A stretch of 52,493 bases of DNA from a virus (Duplodnaviria; Caudoviricetes): IMG/VR virus record IMGVR_UViG_3300037470_000686, positions 1 to 52,493 of that record. One strand, given 5' to 3'. The notes beneath the pieces are model-generated. The model saw only the letters and a program-made list of their open reading frames with translations, was not told the origin of the DNA and did no database searches. This document shows positions 16,892 through 26,428 of the stretch, piece by piece; positions within the stretch are counted from its first letter, which is position 1, and the number at the start of each line of letters is the position of its first letter. The position numbers and the translations under genes are program-made.

Positions 16892-17413
16892 ATGTCACGT
16901 GCAGCCATTCGAGGCACCATCCAGATGCTCTGGTTCGAGGGCGGCACCACCTCGACCATTCCCGCCGCCCCCGCCGCGATGACCCTTGCCGAGGCGGGCG
17001 CCGGGGTCAACATTCGAGGCACGGCGGGCGGTGAAGACGCCGAGTCCCTGTCCGGGTTCGACGCCACCGGCTCGACCGTCGCCACGGGCGGGCTGTCGTC
17101 GCTCACCGACATTCAGATCGGCGGGCCCACCACCCTCGGCGATGCTGAGATCGTCTACTTCCGAGACGACACGACCGAGCCGATCTTCGAGTTGTACGAC
17201 ATCGACCCGACAGCGACGGCAGGCAACCAGGGCGGCATCGCCATCTTCCCGTTCCCGTCGGCCACGCCCCCCGCCGTCGGCGATGTCTACACCTACTACT
17301 CGGTGCAGGTCCTCGCGAAGAACTCCGACTACTCCGGGGACGCCCCCCGGTTCCGGGTCTCGTTCTCACAGAGGACCGACCCGGTCGACGGCGCAGTCGT
17401 CGTCAACCCGTAG
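16892..17413 (+). CDS. Major tail (tube) protein paralogue 2
   Basis: AGGAG RBS; T.AE..AG, LSGF, YFRDD, GGIAIFP, AVGDVY, FRVSF; directly before the chaperone gene. Confidence 0.75.
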   Translation: MSRAAIRGTIQMLWFEGGTTSTIPAAPAAMTLAEAGAGVNIRGTAGGEDAESLSGFDATGSTVATGGLSSLTDIQIGGPTTLGDAEIVYFRDDTTEPIFELYDIDPTATAGNQGGIAIFPFPSATPPAVGDVYTYYSVQVLAKNSDYSGDAPRFRVSFSQRTDPVDGAVVVNP

Positions 17414-17424
17414 TCGAGCGGTTC

Positions 17425-17512
17425 GCCTGAGATGGGCTAGGGTCCGTCTCCGATGTGCGTGGGTGCTCGTCGAGAGTTCGCCCCTGCCCATCTCAGGCAA
17501 TCACCTACGCAC
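17425..17512 (+). promoter_or_regulatory. Hairpin/pseudoknot between the tail tube and chaperone genes
   Basis: 13-bp stem gcctgagatgggc/gcccatctcaggc; loop gtgcgtgggtg is complementary to downstream cacctacgcac. Confidence 0.55.
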
Positions 17513-17538
17513 CCACACACGAGGAAACACGCCCACCG

Positions 17539-18141
17539 ATGAGCGATACCGATCCGGCCACAGTCACCGACGATGCCCCTCTGAGCGAGGACGAGGAGGC
17601 GTTCGCCGAACTTCTCGGCCGTCCCCGCCGTCGAGGCGAGTACCACTTCGCCTTCGACCCCGACAAGCATTCCGAGTGGCTCTCGATCGTGAGCCGGGCG
17701 CTGGCCTTGAAGCGCGTCGCCGAGAAGAACCCGACCAACGCCCAGGCCCAGACCGACGCCGCCGACGCCGAGGACGAGGTCGACGAGGCGCGCGAGGCGC
17801 TCGGGGTCGTGTCGTTCTACTTCGCACAGATCCCGCCGAACGAGTACGACAGGCTCCTGAACGACCACCCGGCGACGAAGGCGCACCGTGACGCCTTCCG
17901 CAAGGCAGGCAACGCCGGGAACCTGACACTCAACCCTGAGACGTTCCCTCCGGCGCTCATGGAGAAGTGCATCACGAAGGTCGTCCTCCCCTCGGGCAAG
18001 ACCATGAAGGGGATCACGAAGGCGCAGTTCGCCGCCCTCGCCGATGCCAACTTCTCCGAGACCGAACTCGACGCCCTCCTCCAGAAGGTCGTCATGGTGA
18101 ACAAAGCCATCTCGACTCTGGAGGTCACGGGAAAAGACTGA
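17539..18141 (+). CDS. Tail assembly chaperone (short form)
   Basis: YDRLLNDHP, NPETFPPALMEKCI; ends at slippery G GGA AAA GAC TGA. Confidence 0.85.
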   Translation: MSDTDPATVTDDAPLSEDEEAFAELLGRPRRRGEYHFAFDPDKHSEWLSIVSRALALKRVAEKNPTNAQAQTDAADAEDEVDEAREALGVVSFYFAQIPPNEYDRLLNDHPATKAHRDAFRKAGNAGNLTLNPETFPPALMEKCITKVVLPSGKTMKGITKAQFAALADANFSETELDALLQKVVMVNKAISTLEVTGKD

Positions 18142-18527
18142 GCGGGGACCCGGCGCTCCGCCAGGAACTCGCCTACTGCGTCCCCCTCGGCATCCCGCAC
18201 TCGCGGTTCCTCGGAGGCCCGGACCTCTGGACCGAACTCGACCGGGCCAAGGCCCTCGCCTTCGTCGCCCGCGAGTCGGGCCGGTGCCCCCGATGCCACG
18301 AGCACCCCGAGGAATGGCTCGACGAGAACGGACGGCCGGTCGACCCGCCGCCGCACACCTACGGGATCGAGACGTGCTACTCGTGCATGGAGCGCGCCGA
18401 CGTGATCGAGTCGAGGTTCGGCGACGAGAAGACTCGGACCGAATCACAACGGGTTGATCTGGCGATCTCGCGCATCGTGACGAAGCCCTACGTCGCGCCC
18501 CGCCCGGAGGCCGAGCGCGAGGACTGA
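17539..18527 (+). CDS. Tail assembly chaperone, -1 frameshifted long form
   Basis: GGGAAAA at 18129-18135; the -1 frame reads LRQELAYC..LGIPHSRFLG...WTELDRAKALA...CPRC. Confidence 0.85.
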
Positions 18528-18571
18528 CCCGCGTCCCACCGAAACGCCACGAGCGGGGCGACTCTGTGGCA

Positions 18572-21500
18572 GTGCAGAGGAACCTCGACGTAATCGTCTC
18601 GGCCCAGGGCAAGGGCTTCACGCAGTTCTTCACGTCCGCCGGGGCGACCGTCTCGAACTTCTCCCGGTCGGTCGCCGACGCCGACACCACGGCGACCCGG
18701 TCGTTCACGAATATCAACCGGGCCGCGAGGATCGCGTCGGCAGGCATCCTCGCCGCCGGAGCCGCGGCCGGGATCTCCGCCGTCGGGTTCGACCGGTCGA
18801 TGACCAGGATCGAGACCCTCGTCGGCATCGCCCGAGATGAGGTCGACGCATTCAAGGACTCGGTGCTGGCCCTCGCCGGGGAGACGGCCCGCTCCCCCGA
18901 CGAACTCGCCGAGGCCCTCTTCGTGGTCACCTCCGCCGGTCTACGGGGCCAGGAGGCGCTCGACGCTCTCGAAGAGTCGGCGAAGGCGGCCGCGATCGGC
19001 ATGGGCGAGACGAAGGACATCGCCCGCCTGGCGGCCGCCATCCTCAACAACTACGCCGCCGCCGGGATCACCGCCTCGGACGCGACCGACATTCTCGTCG
19101 CCACCGCACGGGCCGGAAACTTCGAGGTCTCCGAACTGGCGAACTCCATGGCGCGGGTCCTGCCCAACGCCTCGACCCTCGGGGTCGCCATGACCGACGT
19201 GGGTGGTGCGGTCGCCCTCTTCACCCGGTCCGGCTCGAACGCCGCTCAGTCGGTCACCGCCCTCGACTCGCTCCTCCGTGCCTTCTTGAAGCCGACCACC
19301 GAGGCCCAGGAAGTCCTCGCCGGGGTCGGGCTCAGCTTCGAGGAACTCCAATCCATCCTCGAACAACAGGGGCTCGTCGCCGCCCTCCAGACCCTCGACG
19401 AAGCGCTCGACGGAAACCGGGTGCAGTTGGCGAAGGTCATCACCGACACCCAGGGGCTCACCGGGGCGAACATCGTCCTCAACGCCTCGGCCCAATCGCT
19501 CGAAGACACCTTCGGCGTGGTCGCCAACTCCTCCGGCATCCTCGGTACGGCGTTCACTTCGCTCGGCCAGTCGGACGCGTTCAAGTTCGATCAGGCACTC
19601 AACGATCTCACCGTGTCGTTCAAGACGTTCGGGCTCCAGATCCTCCCGCTCGTCATCGAAGGACTGGAGTTCTTGAAGGTCGTCCTCGACCCACTCGTCG
19701 GTGCGTTCACCTCGATACCCGGCCCGGTGCGCTCTGTAGTTGTGGCGCTCCTTCTCCTCCAGGCCGCCGGTCTGCCGATCGCCCCGACCCTCGCCGTGAT
19801 CGGCCGGAGCCTCCTCGCCCTGCGCACCGCCTCGGTCGCTTCGTCGGCCGTCTCGGGAATGTCGGCGGCCATGGCCGGAGCCGCACCCGCGGCGGGCGGT
19901 CTCGCCTCCGTCATCGGCGGGGCACTGAACCCGGCCGTGCTCGCCACCGTCGCCGTCGCCGGGCTCGGGTTCCTCGCATGGAACCGGCACAAGAACGCCC
20001 AGGCCGAGGCGGCTCGCCAGGCCCGAGACCTGACCGGGGCACTGGAGGAGCAGACCGGGTCGGTCCCTCAACTCAACACCGAACTCGAAACGCTCCTCGA
20101 AACCCTCGGCAAGCTCGTGGGCGGAGGCGACGAGGTCGAGTCGGCGGTCTCGTCGATGGGAGTCGAGGTCGCTCAGTTCTTCGAGGAACTCAACAGCGAC
20201 GAGTCCGACAAGTTCTCGCGCATCGGGGCCGACATCTCCGAGGTGCTCCCGGTCTTGCAGACCGGCACGGATCTGTTCGGGAAGCTCGCCGAGGACGCCA
20301 ACACGATCGGCCAATCGTCGGGGGACTCGGCTCGCCAGTTCGCCCGGCTCCGGGCACAGATCAGCGCCACCGACGGGGCGGCCGGACAACTCGCCCTCAG
20401 CCTCATCGACGGAGCCCAGGCGACCGGTGTCGCCGTCGAGGACATCGACTCCCTCTTCGAGGCCCTCGACAAGTCGGCCGACGCCTACGACTCCGTCACC
20501 GACGCTCAGCGCGACCTCGCGAACGACACGGTTCGCACCGCCCAGGGGACCGGGGCGCTCACCGACGAACAGGCGGCACAGTTCCTCGGGCTCATCGCCG
20601 GAGCCGAGAACTATGCCGAGTTGAAGGACGCCCTCGACGATGTCGTCGTCGTCACCGAAGAAGCGATCAAGGCGTCCGAGGAGGAGGCGGCCGCACTGGC
20701 GGAGGAGGCGGCCGAGGCCGAGGCGGCCAGGCTCGCCCTGCGCGGGATCGTCGAGGTCGGCGAGCCTGTGATCCGCACCACCGAGGAACTCGCCGCCGCC
20801 GGAGCCGAGCACGCCGAGACTCTGCGCGACCAGGCCGAGGGGCTCGACACGATCGCCGGGTCCTACGACGCCGCCTTCCGGGCGATGGGCCCCTACGCCG
20901 ATCTCCTGGCAGCGACCCTCGACCCGGCCGCCCAACTGTTGAAGGTCGGCAACGATGCCGCCCTCGCTATCGCCGAGGCGGCCGAGTCAGTCGCCCGGCC
21001 GACCGAGGACGACCCGAAGGGGGGCGACTTCAATCAGGGGTTGCGGGAGGGCGGTCTCGACGCGGCCAAGTCCCTCGACGCCCTCATCGACTACGGCGAA
21101 GAGTTCCAGGGGATCGTGCTCGCCACCGCGGCCGCCGGGGCAAGCGCCGATCAACTCGCCGCCGCCCAGGCCCGACTCCGGGCGGGCTTCATCGACACCG
21201 CCCGAGGGATGGGGGCCACCGCCGAACAGGCCGAGGATCTCGCCGTTCTCTACTTCGACATTCCGCCCGAGATCCTCACCGAGGCGAAGCTCGCCGCCGA
21301 CGACGCCATCGCGGACCTCGACCGTCTCGTCGATCTCGGCGAGGAGTACGGGACTCGGGATCTCGAAGTGCTCGCCAAGATCGACGACATCGAAGCCCTC
21401 TCGCACCTCGCGAAGTTGGAGGTCGCCAAGTCGGGCCTCACCGAGGAGGAGTTCATCATCACCCTCGGGGCCGACCCGGTCCAGGCTGACCTTGCGATCG

Positions 21501-22252
21501 CCGCCACCCTCCTCGGGCTCGTCGGGATCTCCGAGGAGGAGACGATCGCCTTGATCGCCGGGGACACCGACGAGTTCACCACGGCGGTGCAGGATGCGAT
21601 CGACCTGTTGAACGACGTCCCGGCGAGGGTCGAGTCCGAACTCGGGATCAAGGTCAAGCTCTCGAAGGAGGCCACCGGACTCGCCGCCGCCGGAGATCCC
21701 TACGCCGCGATCAATGACCTCCTCCTCGCCGGGCTTTCCCACGGCGGGCTCTACGCCCGCAACGGGATCAACGCGGCGGAACGGTACGCCAACGGAGGCG
21801 AGCGCCACGTCGCCCAGATCGCTCAACCGGGAGCCTGGCGACTGTGGGCCGAACCCGAGACCGGAGGCGAAGCGTACATTCCCCTCGCCGCCGGGTCGAA
21901 GCGAGGCCGGGCCCTGGCGATCCTGGAGTCGGTCGCCAACCGGTTCGGCTACGCCCTCACCGGCCGTCGCGGTCTCGCCATGGCCGAGGGTGGCGTCCTC
22001 GGTCTCGGAGCCCTGGGCGGCCAACCGTCGACGCTCGGAGGCCGTGAGTCGATCCTCTCCGGGGGAGGTGGTGGCGTGGGCATCATGATCGCACCGGGTG
22101 CCGTCGTCGTCGACGTGGCCGCCGGGGCGACCGCCGACACGGGGGCCATCGTCGACGGCGTGACCTCGGCCCTCGATCGTCTCGTGTCGAACATTCGCCA
22201 CGCCTCCACCTCGACGACCGGCCTCTCCGGCGGCTCTAGGATTCGGTCATGA
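18572..22252 (+). CDS. Tape measure protein (TP901-type core)
   Basis: About 1226 aa, Ala-rich helical; HVAQIA...WAEPETGGEAYIPL actinophage motif; start taken as the GTG 6 nt after the GACTCT -10 (ORF track gives 18566). Confidence 0.92.
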   Translation: MQRNLDVIVSAQGKGFTQFFTSAGATVSNFSRSVADADTTATRSFTNINRAARIASAGILAAGAAAGISAVGFDRSMTRIETLVGIARDEVDAFKDSVLALAGETARSPDELAEALFVVTSAGLRGQEALDALEESAKAAAIGMGETKDIARLAAAILNNYAAAGITASDATDILVATARAGNFEVSELANSMARVLPNASTLGVAMTDVGGAVALFTRSGSNAAQSVTALDSLLRAFLKPTTEAQEVLAGVGLSFEELQSILEQQGLVAALQTLDEALDGNRVQLAKVITDTQGLTGANIVLNASAQSLEDTFGVVANSSGILGTAFTSLGQSDAFKFDQALNDLTVSFKTFGLQILPLVIEGLEFLKVVLDPLVGAFTSIPGPVRSVVVALLLLQAAGLPIAPTLAVIGRSLLALRTASVASSAVSGMSAAMAGAAPAAGGLASVIGGALNPAVLATVAVAGLGFLAWNRHKNAQAEAARQARDLTGALEEQTGSVPQLNTELETLLETLGKLVGGGDEVESAVSSMGVEVAQFFEELNSDESDKFSRIGADISEVLPVLQTGTDLFGKLAEDANTIGQSSGDSARQFARLRAQISATDGAAGQLALSLIDGAQATGVAVEDIDSLFEALDKSADAYDSVTDAQRDLANDTVRTAQGTGALTDEQAAQFLGLIAGAENYAELKDALDDVVVVTEEAIKASEEEAAALAEEAAEAEAARLALRGIVEVGEPVIRTTEELAAAGAEHAETLRDQAEGLDTIAGSYDAAFRAMGPYADLLAATLDPAAQLLKVGNDAALAIAEAAESVARPTEDDPKGGDFNQGLREGGLDAAKSLDALIDYGEEFQGIVLATAAAGASADQLAAAQARLRAGFIDTARGMGATAEQAEDLAVLYFDIPPEILTEAKLAADDAIADLDRLVDLGEEYGTRDLEVLAKIDDIEALSHLAKLEVAKSGLTEEEFIITLGADPVQADLAIAATLLGLVGISEEETIALIAGDTDEFTTAVQDAIDLLNDVPARVESELGIKVKLSKEATGLAAAGDPYAAINDLLLAGLSHGGLYARNGINAAERYANGGERHVAQIAQPGAWRLWAEPETGGEAYIPLAAGSKRGRALAILESVANRFGYALTGRRGLAMAEGGVLGLGALGGQPSTLGGRESILSGGGGGVGIMIAPGAVVVDVAAGATADTGAIVDGVTSALDRLVSNIRHASTSTTGLSGGSRIRS

Positions 22253-24507
22253 CGCTCCCCGCTCTCGAAGTGACCCCTGGCGTGTATGCCCTCGTCGACC
22301 GGTGGTCGGTGGCCGCCCCGGACGTGATCGCCGAGGACGACTCAGGAGACGTCGCCGAGGCCAGGGCGCTCGGGGAGAAGGGCGACGAGGTCACCCTCGT
22401 CGACGACACGTTCACCGGCACCGACTCGACCGCGCTCGACACCAGAGTCGCCTCGCCGACGGCGGGCCCGAACCCGTGGGTCGCCGACGCCGGTTTCACG
22501 ATCCAGTCGAACTGGATCGAAGGAGCCCATGCCACCGAGGATCTGATCGCCGCGATCGACGTCGAGGCGGCCGACGTCGTGCTCACGTGCGAGGTCTACC
22601 TCGGGTTCGGTGAACGGTCCGAAGGGTGGCAGGGGATCGTCGTGCGCGGCACCGACGCCGTCGGGTCCGGCGAGTACCTCGTATTCCGTCCGCACGGGTG
22701 GGACAACACCCGCCGCTTCGTGCTCGCCGACGAGACCGGGGCCCACGTGGCCGAGTTCCACCTCGGCGAAGCCCAGGCGGTCCACGACTTCAACTACCTC
22801 TTCGAGGCCAAGTGCTCCGGCGACCACCTCACGTTCTCCGTCGACGGGATCGAGGTCGGCCAGCACACTCTCGACGCGGGGACCTACGTCGGGACCGAGT
22901 TCGGGATCTGGACCGGCGAACGATCGGCCACCCCCATCGGATCGTTCGACGTCTTCGAGATCCAACTCCTCGACGACGTCGACGCCTCGGGGCTGTCGGC
23001 CCTCGCCACCGGCATCGTCCGCTACTTCTCGTTCCGCCCGCCGGTCCCGCCCGCCGGGTCCCGCCTCGAACTCATGCAGGTGATCCTCCGCCAGAGCCGG
23101 ACCGGCTACGGCGTGTGGAGGCCACGCCTCGGAGTCCTCGACGACGACGGCGACATCGTGTGGGGGCCCGCCTTCCCGTCGCCGACCGAGATCGCCCACG
23201 ACGGGATCTTCGTCGACCGGTACAGTCAGGAAGTCACGACCCTCCTCGACGGTCGACCGTGGTCGAGGTTCGATCCGCTCGACATCATCGTGCGCCTGGA
23301 GACCCTGACCGAGGATGCCTCTCAGGCGTTCGGCGATGCGATCATCACCCGACTCCTCGCTCGGTTCCGGTGGAACGCCCGCCCCACCGTCACGATCGAC
23401 GACGTCGACGTATCCGGCTCGAACCCGGTCGTCTCGTGGACCTTCGCCGACACCGACGGCGATGCTCAACAGTCCTTCGAGGTTCGCGTGTGGGACCCGG
23501 CCGACATCGCCGCCAACCCCACCCTCGCTCTCGAAGACGTCCCGGCCGTCTACACCTCGGGCCGGATCATCTCCGCCGCCGACCGGCTCCACCGTCTCGC
23601 CGACTCACTCGGGGGCGGAACCCTCTACACCTTCGGCGTGCGCGCCTACCAGGCCAAGGTCGCCAAGACCGACTTCCCCTCCGAGTGGGACACCTTCGAC
23701 GCCACCACGCCCGACGCCCTCGACTCCACCCCCACTGTCGTCGCTGTAGCGGGCGTGGGCCAGGCCACCCTCACGATCACCGACCTCGGGGCGGCCAACG
23801 CCGCCAACATCTACCGGAGCGTCTCAGGGGCCGCCGAGGAGCTTGTGGCGACCGAGGTGGACATCACGTCCGAGCGGACACAGGATGCCGTCGACTCCTT
23901 CGACCGGGCCGACGGTGCCCTCGGCGATGAGGAAGGCACGAACACGTACACGTGGACGATCGACTCCGGCCCGTCGACCACGTCGACGACGACGATCGTG
24001 TCGAACGGGGCGGTCATCGACGGCGACGGCGCGGCCGTCATCGCCACCACCGACACCGACGTCGCCGCTCGTGCGGTCGTCGACCTCGCCCTCGCCCCCG
24101 CCGGGGTCCGGGTCCGGGGCGGAGCGACCGGAGTGGTCGAGGCGGTCGTCGACTCCGACACGGTCCGGCTAGCTACCTTCGACGCTGTAGGTGACGAGCA
24201 CCCGGCAAACACGATCGACGTGCAGCACGGGGTCTCCGCCGACACCGCCACGATCGAACTGATCGCGGCAGGCGACGAGTACGTCGTGCTCCTCAACGGC
24301 GAGATCCTGATCCGCAACATCGACGCCACCGTCCCGAGTCGACTCGAAACCGAGACGGGGATCGCCACCGCCCAGACCACCGGCACCCACCGCGTCGAGT
24401 CCTTCGAGGTCCGGCTCCTCGACCACGAGATCGTGTGGGTCGATCAGGTCCCGCCCCAGGGTAAGACCCTCGACTACGACGTGATCGGCGTCTTGAAGGA
24501 GTCGTAA
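22249..24507 (+). CDS. Minor tail protein with beta-sandwich/Fn3-like domains
   Basis: PVVSWTFADTDGDAQQSFEVRVW, DTFTG/DSFDRADG lectin-like repeats; follows the tape measure gene. Confidence 0.75.
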   Translation: MTLPALEVTPGVYALVDRWSVAAPDVIAEDDSGDVAEARALGEKGDEVTLVDDTFTGTDSTALDTRVASPTAGPNPWVADAGFTIQSNWIEGAHATEDLIAAIDVEAADVVLTCEVYLGFGERSEGWQGIVVRGTDAVGSGEYLVFRPHGWDNTRRFVLADETGAHVAEFHLGEAQAVHDFNYLFEAKCSGDHLTFSVDGIEVGQHTLDAGTYVGTEFGIWTGERSATPIGSFDVFEIQLLDDVDASGLSALATGIVRYFSFRPPVPPAGSRLELMQVILRQSRTGYGVWRPRLGVLDDDGDIVWGPAFPSPTEIAHDGIFVDRYSQEVTTLLDGRPWSRFDPLDIIVRLETLTEDASQAFGDAIITRLLARFRWNARPTVTIDDVDVSGSNPVVSWTFADTDGDAQQSFEVRVWDPADIAANPTLALEDVPAVYTSGRIISAADRLHRLADSLGGGTLYTFGVRAYQAKVAKTDFPSEWDTFDATTPDALDSTPTVVAVAGVGQATLTITDLGAANAANIYRSVSGAAEELVATEVDITSERTQDAVDSFDRADGALGDEEGTNTYTWTIDSGPSTTSTTTIVSNGAVIDGDGAAVIATTDTDVAARAVVDLALAPAGVRVRGGATGVVEAVVDSDTVRLATFDAVGDEHPANTIDVQHGVSADTATIELIAAGDEYVVLLNGEILIRNIDATVPSRLETETGIATAQTTGTHRVESFEVRLLDHEIVWVDQVPPQGKTLDYDVIGVLKES

Positions 24508-24947
24508 TGCCCAACACGTTCACATCCACCCCCGCCGCCTCGAACCAGATCACCGTCGTCGAAGGGACCTGGCGACTGATCGACCTCGCCACCGGGACGA
24601 CCCTCGCATTCGACCCGGTCGACGTGAAGCTCATTCAGCGCCGGAGCGGAGGCGTAGCACTCCCGCTCAACGGCGGGATCGCCAACTCGACCGGGGCCCC
24701 CCGCCCGCACGCGATCTCCCTCGCGATCCGCACCCTGAGCGAGGCCGAGTTCCTGACCCTGACCTCGATCCTGTTGTCGCCCGGCGACCTGTCGCTCTCG
24801 GACATCTACGGCGATGCCTACGTGTGTCGCCACGCCTCCGATGTCGAATGGGAGCACGTCGTCTCCGAGCCTGACTCGGGCGAGACGTACTCGGTCCGGC
24901 ACCACTGGATCGCCCGCTTCACCGTCCAGCGCAAGACGATCGAGTAG
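24507..24947 (+). CDS. Minor tail protein (distal-tail-like)
   Basis: Position and size; inference. Confidence 0.6.
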   Translation: MPNTFTSTPAASNQITVVEGTWRLIDLATGTTLAFDPVDVKLIQRRSGGVALPLNGGIANSTGAPRPHAISLAIRTLSEAEFLTLTSILLSPGDLSLSDIYGDAYVCRHASDVEWEHVVSEPDSGETYSVRHHWIARFTVQRKTIE

Positions 24948-24949
24948 TC

Positions 24950-26197
24950 ATGCCGTTCCCGTCACAACCGGGGGACGCCACCGCCCGGACGCTCATCAAT
25001 GAAGGGGCCGCCCGTGTGCAGTTGGAGGTCTACGACTTCGAGTCGTTCAACCGGATCTCGACCCTGCCGACCGATCAGTTCGAGGACAATGAGGCGGGTC
25101 TGATCGAGGTCACCTTCGAGGAGGTCGACGACCGGATGGTGCGCCGGTCGATGACCGCCACCCTCACCGACGCCGAGGAGTGGCTCCCGTTCGGGCTCAC
25201 CGACACGACGTCCCCACTTCGCCAGAACCTCGCTCAACTCTTCTGGGACTTCACCGTCGTGAAGCGCCCCGAGAACGCCGTCTACTGGCAGCACCTCCCC
25301 GAGTTTGCGAACCTCCCGGACCGGATCGCCATCGGTACCTACGTGCTCGACACTGTCGAGGCGACCCTCGAAGCGGACCGGACGGTCACCGTGAAGATCG
25401 ACGCCGCCGACAACATGCAGATGTTCGCCGACGTTGCCATCCCCAACCCGGTCGAGATCCCGGAGGGCACCGACCCGGTGATCTTCATCGCCTACATGGT
25501 CGCCCTCATTGATCCCAACTCGACGATCTTCCCGACGACCACCACGAACCGGATCGGCAAGATGTCATGGGAGATCGGAACGTCGTTCCTACAGATCATG
25601 GCCGACGCCGCCCAGGCCGGAATCCTTCGGGTCTTCACCGACGAAGAAGGCCAGTATTACATCGAGCCCCCGCCCGCTTCGCACGACGACTTCGGCACCG
25701 ACACCTTCTACGGATACGACTCCGAATCACCCGACCTGTTGTCGGCGTCGAGAGGCATCCGCCGGTCCGGGATTATCAATGGCGTGATCGTCCGGGGCGA
25801 GGTCTTCGACGAAGACACTCCGCCGGTCGAGGGGCGCGTGTGGGTCGACAACGGGGCGCTCAGCTACGGCGACCACCCCGACTTCGAGTCGGCCCTCGGA
25901 CCGATGCCGCTCGTCATCATCGACCGGTCGATCTCGACCGAACAGGAAGCCAAGACCCTCGCCGCGGCGCGCCTCGCCGAGAAGGGTGGCGTGCCCGAGT
26001 TCGTCACCCTCGAAGTCCTCTCGGATCATCGCCGCCTCGCCGGGGACGTCATGCCGCTTGCCATCACCGAGATCGGAGCCGAGGGCGACTACTTCGTGCG
26101 GTCCGTCTCGATGCGCCAGACGTCCTCCGCTGGCTCCTACCAGTCGGTCATGACACTCGTCCTCCAGGACCGGCGACCGGCCACGAGCGAGGCGTAG
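24950..26197 (+). CDS. Minor tail protein / baseplate hub
   Basis: VRRSMTATL, IAIGTYVL, INGVIVRGE, EQEAKTLAAARL motifs of actinophage hub proteins. Confidence 0.75.
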   Translation: MPFPSQPGDATARTLINEGAARVQLEVYDFESFNRISTLPTDQFEDNEAGLIEVTFEEVDDRMVRRSMTATLTDAEEWLPFGLTDTTSPLRQNLAQLFWDFTVVKRPENAVYWQHLPEFANLPDRIAIGTYVLDTVEATLEADRTVTVKIDAADNMQMFADVAIPNPVEIPEGTDPVIFIAYMVALIDPNSTIFPTTTTNRIGKMSWEIGTSFLQIMADAAQAGILRVFTDEEGQYYIEPPPASHDDFGTDTFYGYDSESPDLLSASRGIRRSGIINGVIVRGEVFDEDTPPVEGRVWVDNGALSYGDHPDFESALGPMPLVIIDRSISTEQEAKTLAAARLAEKGGVPEFVTLEVLSDHRRLAGDVMPLAITEIGAEGDYFVRSVSMRQTSSAGSYQSVMTLVLQDRRPATSEA

Positions 26198-26428
26198 GTG
26201 GGCCTCGACCATTCGCTCCGGGAACTGGAGACGGCGATCGCCGGGCTCCAGACCGGCGGACCTCTCCTGAGACTCGGGGTCATCACCGCCGTCGACGGGG
26301 GCCAGGTCACCATCGACGGCTACACCATGGCGTTCATGTCGGTGGGAGTCACGCCGATTGTCACCCGCACTGCGGTCTACCTCCGGGACGGGACGGCGGT
26401 CGTCGCTATCGGAATGCTGGCGACATGA
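26198..26428 (+). CDS. Small OB-fold-like tail tip protein
   Basis: LRLGVITAV...VTIDG...VVAIG; resembles the N-terminus of the next gene. Confidence 0.6.
   Translation: MGLDHSLRELETAIAGLQTGGPLLRLGVITAVDGGQVTIDGYTMAFMSVGVTPIVTRTAVYLRDGTAVVAIGMLAT

Noticed and set aside
25567-26424. N-terminal extension of the 719-aa ORF
   Set aside because: Arg-rich off-frame overlap with the hub gene; the likely start is the ATGA overlap at 26425
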